From the IMG/VR virus record IMGVR_UViG_3300042398_001385, positions 32,001-96,000 of that record: DNA of 64,000 nucleotides. One strand, written 5' to 3'. The translations under genes and the position numbers were made by a program. This stretch comes from a virus. Shown piece after piece: positions 55,135-64,000 of this stretch (within the stretch, counting starts at the first letter, position 1; each line of letters opens with the position of its first letter). Under the pieces are notes generated by a model. That model did no database searches, was not told the DNA's origin, and saw only the letters and a program-made list of their open reading frames with translations.

Positions 55135-57458
55135 GTTTTTGGAGCGGAAGAAAAATTAGACACTTTGTCATTTTCAGCAAATCTTCTTCCATTTTTTTTG
55201 CTGTTTCCGTGTGCATCAGCAAAATTAAAATCGTCCTCGTCTTCCATGAATTTTTTAGACTTTTCGGATTTTCCTTTAGGAGCTTTCTCTATGTGAGAAT
55301 TTTTTTGATTCTCCTTAAGTGTAGCTAGATTCATGTTTTTAAGATCCTGTATAAATTTAGAAGATCCTTTAATAGAAGCGCTAGGAGCTTTAGCTAAATC
55401 TAGATTATCTAGAGTATCTATAAACTTTTTACCACTTCCGACTTTTCCTTTGGTAGGAAGATCTGCCATATTAGCAGATTTTGATTTAACACCTCTACCA
55501 GTTAAAGGTGCTGATTTACCGCTCTTTGGTAAACCTGCCATAGTTCCTTTTTCATTGTTTATAAACTTAGAAGAAGATCCTGTTTTTTTATCTGGTGCTT
55601 GAGCCATGTGTTTTTTAGAAAGATTCTCTATTCTAGAATCTTTGTGTGATCCTCCTCTGTTTCCTGGAGCATTAGCAAAATTCTGATTTGATTCATTAGC
55701 AAAATCTTCAGTATATTCGATATCTAACTGAGGTGCTTTAATATCATATCTGTCTATTTCGTCATCCAGATCTTCAACATCAGAGAAGAAGTATTCCCCT
55801 GTTTTACCCTCTTTAAAAAGAATAGTATAAGTTTTAGAGCTTCCGTCTACTCCAATAACTCTTCCTTTAACGCCATTTCTTTTTATTCTAACCTCAGTAT
55901 CAATAGGATATCCAAGGTCTTCATTCATTGAAGGAAGTTCTTTAGCTTTACTTTCAAATCTTGAAATCTCTAGGTTGATTTGATTCCATCTGTCTTTTAG
56001 GGATTCGATTTCATTTTCAATGCTTTCTTCTAAAGTTACAAGTTCATCAGATTTAGCGATAAGAGGATTTTCTTTTTTAGCAACATCCAATTTTCTTAGT
56101 TCGCCTTCTAATACATCGATATTTTTGATAATCTCTTTTTTATCATTCTTCATTATACTCAAGAATGCTTGTTCTCCTTCTAAAAATTCTGTAAGAGATT
56201 CAGTGATATCATATTTAATAAAGTCTTTAACTATATTAATAGCTTGAGTTGCATTAGCTTCGTATATTTTATTTAATCTCATAGCTGGATTAACTGTTTG
56301 TACATAAATACCAGCTTCTGTTTTAAATATATTAGCCTCTACGTTTTCAAAAACTCTAGATTTTATTTTTTTACCAAAATCAAGATCTATAATTTCCTCA
56401 GCATTACTAGCTACAAATACTGCTTTAGCTATTTTGTGGTTTGAACTTTCTAAAAGATTGTTTGTACTTACACTAACTGCAAGTGGAAGATCATCTTCGT
56501 TAATTCTTTTTCCGTCAAAATAAACCTCCTTAGATTCGTTTGTAAATACTATCTCTACCTTATTATTTCCAATATTTAATGATATCTTATTGTTATCTAT
56601 TTTAACGTCTCTATCGCTTATAATTTGAGCCTGATCAGCTAGTTCTTGTGGAACTTCATCCATGCTACATTCTTGAATAACTTGTGTGTTCTGATCTATC
56701 TTTAAAAATTTACCAGATGAGTAAAATACTGTCTCTTCATTTTCGTTTAAATAGATAGGTGAATAAAGATTGCTTATTTCACAAACGTTATTATCAAATC
56801 CAACATTGAATTTTCCTGTATTTTCATTTTCGTATATAGATAAGAAACTAACAAGATTTCTAACCATTGGATTAAATCCAAATCTTTTAAGACCATGCAC
56901 AAGAGATTCTGTTGATTTAGTTTCAGAAACTAACCATCCTTTCATTTGATCTGTAGCATCGGAAAATAAATCCCTTCCTGGACTATTTCTCATAGTTTCG
57001 TAAGTCTTAATAACCTCAATCTCTCTTTTTCTGTTTTCTAATATTCTATTTAAGTTCTCTAGAACTGGAGTTACTGCATTTTCCCAAGAAAACGATTTAA
57101 GATCGTTTATAAATCCTTCAATTACAAATGATTCAGATATTCCTTTCCCAACCAATATATGATCATATTTTTCTAACATAATCTTACCAGCTGGTATCTC
57201 ATTTAAAGTTGAATTTTTTAAAGCCGAAACTGTATTTATTAGACCAAAGCTAAAAGAAATACCTTTATTAGAAGGTCTAGATGAAGAACCATGTGATTGT
57301 GATTCCTTAAGCATTTGAGCAGTTGAGCCTCCAAGGAAAGTAGAAGCAACAGGTTTTTTTGTTGCTCCTAATCCAGCCCATTCTCTTAAAGAATCTGCAG
57401 CATTTTTAGAAGTCTCCATATTTAGTCTATTGATCTCTGGATTAATATTTTTTTCCAT
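55122..57458 (-). CDS. large putative prohead core/scaffold-like protein
   Basis: 778 aa with many (L/I)xE sites, coiled coil, an SH3-like segment and basic C-terminal AxAP..K...SKKF repeats; late-promoter motif upstream. Confidence 0.55.
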   Translation of the reverse strand: MEKNINPEINRLNMETSKNAADSLREWAGLGATKKPVASTFLGGSTAQMLKESQSHGSSSRPSNKGISFSFGLINTVSALKNSTLNEIPAGKIMLEKYDHILVGKGISESFVIEGFINDLKSFSWENAVTPVLENLNRILENRKREIEVIKTYETMRNSPGRDLFSDATDQMKGWLVSETKSTESLVHGLKRFGFNPMVRNLVSFLSIYENENTGKFNVGFDNNVCEISNLYSPIYLNENEETVFYSSGKFLKIDQNTQVIQECSMDEVPQELADQAQIISDRDVKIDNNKISLNIGNNKVEIVFTNESKEVYFDGKRINEDDLPLAVSVSTNNLLESSNHKIAKAVFVASNAEEIIDLDFGKKIKSRVFENVEANIFKTEAGIYVQTVNPAMRLNKIYEANATQAINIVKDFIKYDITESLTEFLEGEQAFLSIMKNDKKEIIKNIDVLEGELRKLDVAKKENPLIAKSDELVTLEESIENEIESLKDRWNQINLEISRFESKAKELPSMNEDLGYPIDTEVRIKRNGVKGRVIGVDGSSKTYTILFKEGKTGEYFFSDVEDLDDEIDRYDIKAPQLDIEYTEDFANESNQNFANAPGNRGGSHKDSRIENLSKKHMAQAPDKKTGSSSKFINNEKGTMAGLPKSGKSAPLTGRGVKSKSANMADLPTKGKVGSGKKFIDTLDNLDLAKAPSASIKGSSKFIQDLKNMNLATLKENQKNSHIEKAPKGKSEKSKKFMEDEDDFNFADAHGNSKKNGRRFAENDKVSNFSSAPKTKKK

Positions 57459-57477
57459 TTGTAATTCGCTTTTTTAG

Positions 57478-57485
57478 TATATATC
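57478..57485 (-). promoter_or_regulatory. putative late promoter GATATATA
   Basis: Exact motif 19 nt upstream of ATG 57458. Confidence 0.7.
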
Positions 57486-57545
57486 TAATCTTTTATAGAT
57501 TCCCTTTTGTTATTTATTTCCGATCGAAAGTATTTTTCAATTCTT

Positions 57546-60431
<2,886 letters not shown>

Positions 60432-60444
60432 TTAATTTATTTAT

Positions 60445-60999
60445 TTAAAAAATTATAAAGTCGCCATCCTCGTTAACTAAGATGTTTCCATTTTGATCTG
60501 TAAGATATTCTGTAATTTCGCTATCTACTAATCCCTCTCCTATTATAACCTCGACATTAACTCTAACTGAATGAGGATTATATAATAGCATACCTCCTTG
60601 TTCAAAATAAGGAGATTCTATATCGCTTCCATTAGGATCTAAATCCCATCCACCAAATATATAGTTGCTATTCCCTGTTAATATGGTTAGATTTGCCATA
60701 GGCAAATAGTTACCGTTGTATAGTATATTTATAAATCTGTTGGAAACGGGTAATGATGTTGGGTATGTTGCCTTAATCATTACAAAGTCAACATTATTTA
60801 ATCCTTCGGCACTAAGTAGTAAAGATGAGTTTCCATAAACACATCCACTGAATGATGAGTAGTTATTAAGTACTATATCAGTGTCACAAAAGCTTATTTC
60901 TCTAACAACTTTAGTCCCATTGACTATTTGAAGATTGCATCTTTGAAAGATAGCACCTTCAAATTGTATTGTATCACATACTAGAGGTGGTGTAGCCAT
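60445..60999 (-). CDS. hypothetical structural protein (paralog of 60999-61583)
   Basis: FQRCNL...SFCD...MIKATY...LTILTG...GWDL...GG. Confidence 0.65.
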   Translation of the reverse strand: MATPPLVCDTIQFEGAIFQRCNLQIVNGTKVVREISFCDTDIVLNNYSSFSGCVYGNSSLLLSAEGLNNVDFVMIKATYPTSLPVSNRFINILYNGNYLPMANLTILTGNSNYIFGGWDLDPNGSDIESPYFEQGGMLLYNPHSVRVNVEVIIGEGLVDSEITEYLTDQNGNILVNEDGDFIIF

Positions 61000-61583
61000 T
61001 AGTTAAAAACAAATATTTCTAATTCCATACTATATGTATCGTTAATGTTACTAAACATAATACCACCAAACGAGAGATTCGGAGAGGCGGGAGTTGGATA
61101 TATGTGTGGACTAAAACCAGGATTCGGAGGATTATTGGAATAATAGCTAAGATCCCATCCCTGCCAAGGTATTTCTGGTTCAGTTCTACCTGTTAAAATC
61201 ATCAGGCTTCTTATTGGATATGTTTGTCCTTTATATTCCCATGTTAGAAATCTTTGTTCCTCTGGACAATTCTTTTCATATTTAACCTTAACAACTATCA
61301 TCTGAACTTCTCCTTGAGCTTGTCCAATTTCTGGAGCATTAAGTGTATAGCTAATATTTGGTCCTAGTGTTATGCTTTTTTTAAGAGATCCTCCACATCC
61401 TCCCATCTCAGAGCTTCCTAAAGATTCCAATTTAAAATCACAGAGAGATACACTAGAAAGTATATTTGCACCCTCTTTTACATCCAAATTACACGACTGA
61501 AAATATACCCTCTTATAAACACCAGGATTACAATCCAAGTTTTCTATATACTTTGGATCGGTTGTATAAACTTTTTTGATCAT
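60999..61583 (-). CDS. hypothetical structural protein
   Basis: FQSCNL...SLCD...VVKVKY...LMILTG...GWDL...GG. Confidence 0.65.
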   Translation of the reverse strand: MIKKVYTTDPKYIENLDCNPGVYKRVYFQSCNLDVKEGANILSSVSLCDFKLESLGSSEMGGCGGSLKKSITLGPNISYTLNAPEIGQAQGEVQMIVVKVKYEKNCPEEQRFLTWEYKGQTYPIRSLMILTGRTEPEIPWQGWDLSYYSNNPPNPGFSPHIYPTPASPNLSFGGIMFSNINDTYSMELEIFVFN

Positions 61584-62836
61584 TTTAAATTTAAAGGGTT
61601 ATCTTCACCCCCTGGATTATTTCTAAAATTTTTTCTAGATGCAGAATAATCGGGATTGCTTCTAAATCTTTCCCTTTCGATTCTTTTTTTTCCTAGCATT
61701 ATCTCATCATTATATTTATCAGAATTTTCTTCTTTATTCTCATCTTTTTCTGTATCTTTTTCTACATTTTCGTTATGAGTATCCGGATCTTCTGAAATTT
61801 TTAAATCCTCTTCATTTTCTATAGGATCTAGCTCGGACGATTCTTCCGTCTTTTCATTATCTAATTCAGCTATATGGTCAATCACTGACTCTTCAATAAT
61901 ATCTTCTTGATAAGGCTCTTCAATAATTTTTTTGGAATTATCTTCGTTATTTTTAACTCTTATTTTTTTTATTCTATTCCATATATTTTTTATAGAATTT
62001 TCTTTATTTTCGTTTTTCATTTCTTCCTCTTCCTCTTTTTTTTCACTCATTTCAAATGCAAAATTTGCAGCTATAACTAAAGCAATAGCCAAAGGATCAA
62101 AAACTAGCATCAAAATTATTATGTACCAGTTAACTACACTGTCTATATCGCTTCCCGTTAGTTTTGCAATATATTTTAAAGGTCCTACCTCTTTTGCAAG
62201 ATCTGCATTAGAGGAAACACCAAACTTTTCTTGTTCTATTGATGATATCCTAGTATTTTTAGATGATATTGAATCATTTAATATTGATATTTCAGAATCC
62301 ATTCTTTTTATTTCTCCGTCGACATCTTTTATCTGTTGGCGTACTGCATTTGTTGATTTTGATTTCTCTATAAGGACATCCTGTGTTGATTGTAGATTTG
62401 TCCTTATAGTAGTTAATTGACCTAGACGATCATTCTTTTGTTTTATCTGAGATTCATAATTGACGATCTCTGTTTTTATTATCGAGATATTTTTATCAAG
62501 AATCTGAATATTTTTATCTTGATTCTGAACTTTAAAAGATGTTTCTTGATAAGCAGATGATAGGAATCCATATATTCCTGCAGATGTTATAATTATTAAT
62601 ATAAGGGTTGCTATTGATAGGTATAGTTTCAAACCTAGATTAAGCTTTTTCCAATATTGATATAACAAAGAAGCAGTAACAAGTTTAGCAAATTCTAAGC
62701 TTCCTGCTAAAACCATTACTTGTAATGATGCACCAGCAAACATTTTACCAAGTCCTGTAACCGAATAAAAAGCAGCTGATCCTGAAACGGATAATGCGGA
62801 TAAGGCTATTATCCACGGTAATAATTTCTTTTTCAT
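61580..62836 (-). CDS. multi-pass membrane protein with a long coiled coil
   Basis: Three N-terminal TM helices, coiled coil, EVGPLKYIA and a fourth TM (VFDPLAIAL), then an acidic tail. Start re-assigned to MKKKLL. Confidence 0.75.
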   Translation of the reverse strand: MKKKLLPWIIALSALSVSGSAAFYSVTGLGKMFAGASLQVMVLAGSLEFAKLVTASLLYQYWKKLNLGLKLYLSIATLILIIITSAGIYGFLSSAYQETSFKVQNQDKNIQILDKNISIIKTEIVNYESQIKQKNDRLGQLTTIRTNLQSTQDVLIEKSKSTNAVRQQIKDVDGEIKRMDSEISILNDSISSKNTRISSIEQEKFGVSSNADLAKEVGPLKYIAKLTGSDIDSVVNWYIIILMLVFDPLAIALVIAANFAFEMSEKKEEEEEMKNENKENSIKNIWNRIKKIRVKNNEDNSKKIIEEPYQEDIIEESVIDHIAELDNEKTEESSELDPIENEEDLKISEDPDTHNENVEKDTEKDENKEENSDKYNDEIMLGKKRIERERFRSNPDYSASRKNFRNNPGGEDNPLNLK

Positions 62837-62843
62837 ACTTAAG

Positions 62844-62851
62844 TATATATC
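62844..62851 (-). promoter_or_regulatory. putative late promoter GATATATA
   Basis: Exact motif 7 nt upstream of ATG 62836, immediately after a terminator. Confidence 0.7.
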
Positions 62852-62854
62852 CAC

Positions 62855-62885
62855 AAAAAAAGACTGGCATTAATACCAGTCTTTT
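62855..62885 (-). terminator. intrinsic terminator
   Basis: Minus strand GACTGGTA-TTAA-TGCCAGTC-TTTTTTT. Confidence 0.85.
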
Positions 62886-62909
62886 GTATTATAATTTATG
62901 TAGTAACTA

Positions 62910-63410
62910 TTATTCTAGTTCTATTCCTTGTTCAGCAGCTGCAAGCTGTTGCTCAAGATCTTTAACTACCATATTGTCTTGTTGAATTAACATCAATGTT
63001 TCTTCTAATGTTTTCCAAAGAGTTACAAAAGATTCAATTTCTTTTTCTCCTTTCCCTTCCATTCTTAGAACGAAATAATGTGAAGCCTCAACCTCTAGAT
63101 TTGTAAAATAAACTACTCCGTCTTTAATTCCTTCAGATTTTACCTCTTCAATTCTTTTTAGAATTTCTTTAACGCCAAGAGCTTCTTTAGATCTCCATTG
63201 AACTTCTTCTCTCATATAGATTTCAAATCTATGTAAAAGTGAATCCGACATTGATACTGCATACTCTTTGTCTTTAAGACTTGCCTTATAATTTTCTAAA
63301 TCTTTCTTAATTGATTCTACTTTTTCAGTATCAACTTTACTGATGTATTTTTCAAGTTTAGCTTCATTTTGAGCTACTAACTCTTCCTCTAATTGTGGTT
63401 TATTTGCCAT
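62910..63410 (-). CDS. acidic helical hypothetical protein
   Basis: 166-aa ORF followed by a terminator. Confidence 0.65.
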   Translation of the reverse strand: MANKPQLEEELVAQNEAKLEKYISKVDTEKVESIKKDLENYKASLKDKEYAVSMSDSLLHRFEIYMREEVQWRSKEALGVKEILKRIEEVKSEGIKDGVVYFTNLEVEASHYFVLRMEGKGEKEIESFVTLWKTLEETLMLIQQDNMVVKDLEQQLAAAEQGIELE

Positions 63411-63451
63411 TTTGTTTTTATTTTTATATCTGTTATTGTCACAGAAGTTTC

Positions 63452-64000
63452 TTATATTCCGTGTATTTCTCTGAATTTTTTAGCAAGATCTATAAATTGT
63501 TCCAAATAATATTTCAATTCGTAGTCATGAACTATAAAAGTTTGTATATCTGATGTTTGTTCGTTTGCTATTCTTATTCTTCCACATTTAGGTACTTCCT
63601 GATATTTTTCAGCACACATAAACATATAAGCGGCTATCTGCAATTTATAGCTTAAGATATCATCTTCATCTTTTAAAGATGTTGAAGATTTAAAGTCGTC
63701 AACTATTAAATATTGTTCTTTGTTTCTATAAACAAAGTCACAAGCTCCTGCCCATCCACCTTTAAAGGTAGTATATAAGAATGCTTCGTTATCTACTACT
63801 TCTTCTATATCTTCCCAAAAATTAGTGTGATAAAAATTCCAAAATAGATCCCTTCCTTTATTTACATACTTAGCATATTTTCCTTCGTCCCTACTAGATT
63901 CCTCTATTGCAAAGATCTGTGCTTTTTTTAATGATCTATCTACATCTTTTTCTTTTGCCCATTCTAATAAGAAGAGTTCAAGCATCCTGTGCATAACAGT
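63452..64000 (-). CDS. PD-(D/E)XK exonuclease, 5' end outside the window
   Basis: T.MH..LE, AGACD, IVDDFKSS and YKLQIAAY. Confidence 0.8.
   Translation of the reverse strand, partial: TVMHRMLELFLLEWAKEKDVDRSLKKAQIFAIEESSRDEGKYAKYVNKGRDLFWNFYHTNFWEDIEEVVDNEAFLYTTFKGGWAGACDFVYRNKEQYLIVDDFKSSTSLKDEDDILSYKLQIAAYMFMCAEKYQEVPKCGRIRIANEQTSDIQTFIVHDYELKYYLEQFIDLAKKFREIHGI

Overview
AT-rich, densely coding 64-kb segment of a large T4-superfamily (jumbo, myovirus-type) phage, read in standard code 11 and mostly on the minus strand. The host is probably Bacteroidota (inference from A-rich, SD-poor start regions and a Bacteroidota-like adhesin domain). From left to right: (1) 1-10.3 kb, a cluster of glycosyltransferases (GT11, GT6, GT2/GT7-like and others), a pyruvyltransferase and five SAM methyltransferases. 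(2) 11-30 kb, probable internal head/ejection proteins, a poly-Asp/Glu protein, a RimK-protease fusion, asparagine synthetase, major capsid protein and a prohead protease fused to 15 x 14-aa repeats. (3) 33-45 kb and 57-61 kb, collagen-like G-X-T fibre genes. (4) 45-50 kb, replication genes (clamp loader, RNase H, guanylate kinase, ligase). (5) 50-57 kb, two tandem portal paralogs, gp2, gp4, a gp55-like sigma factor and a large core-like protein. Main unannotated signals: a candidate programmed -1 frameshift (A AAA AAG plus a 16-bp hairpin) whose extension stops on the gp55 start codon; a GATATATA late-promoter motif (15 copies); a capsid-targeting-like peptide shared by many cargo proteins and repeated 15 times in the protease tail; and G-X-T tags on non-fibre virion proteins alongside an ABO-like GT11/GT6/GT7 set. 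All calls come from motif recognition by eye; no database searches were run.
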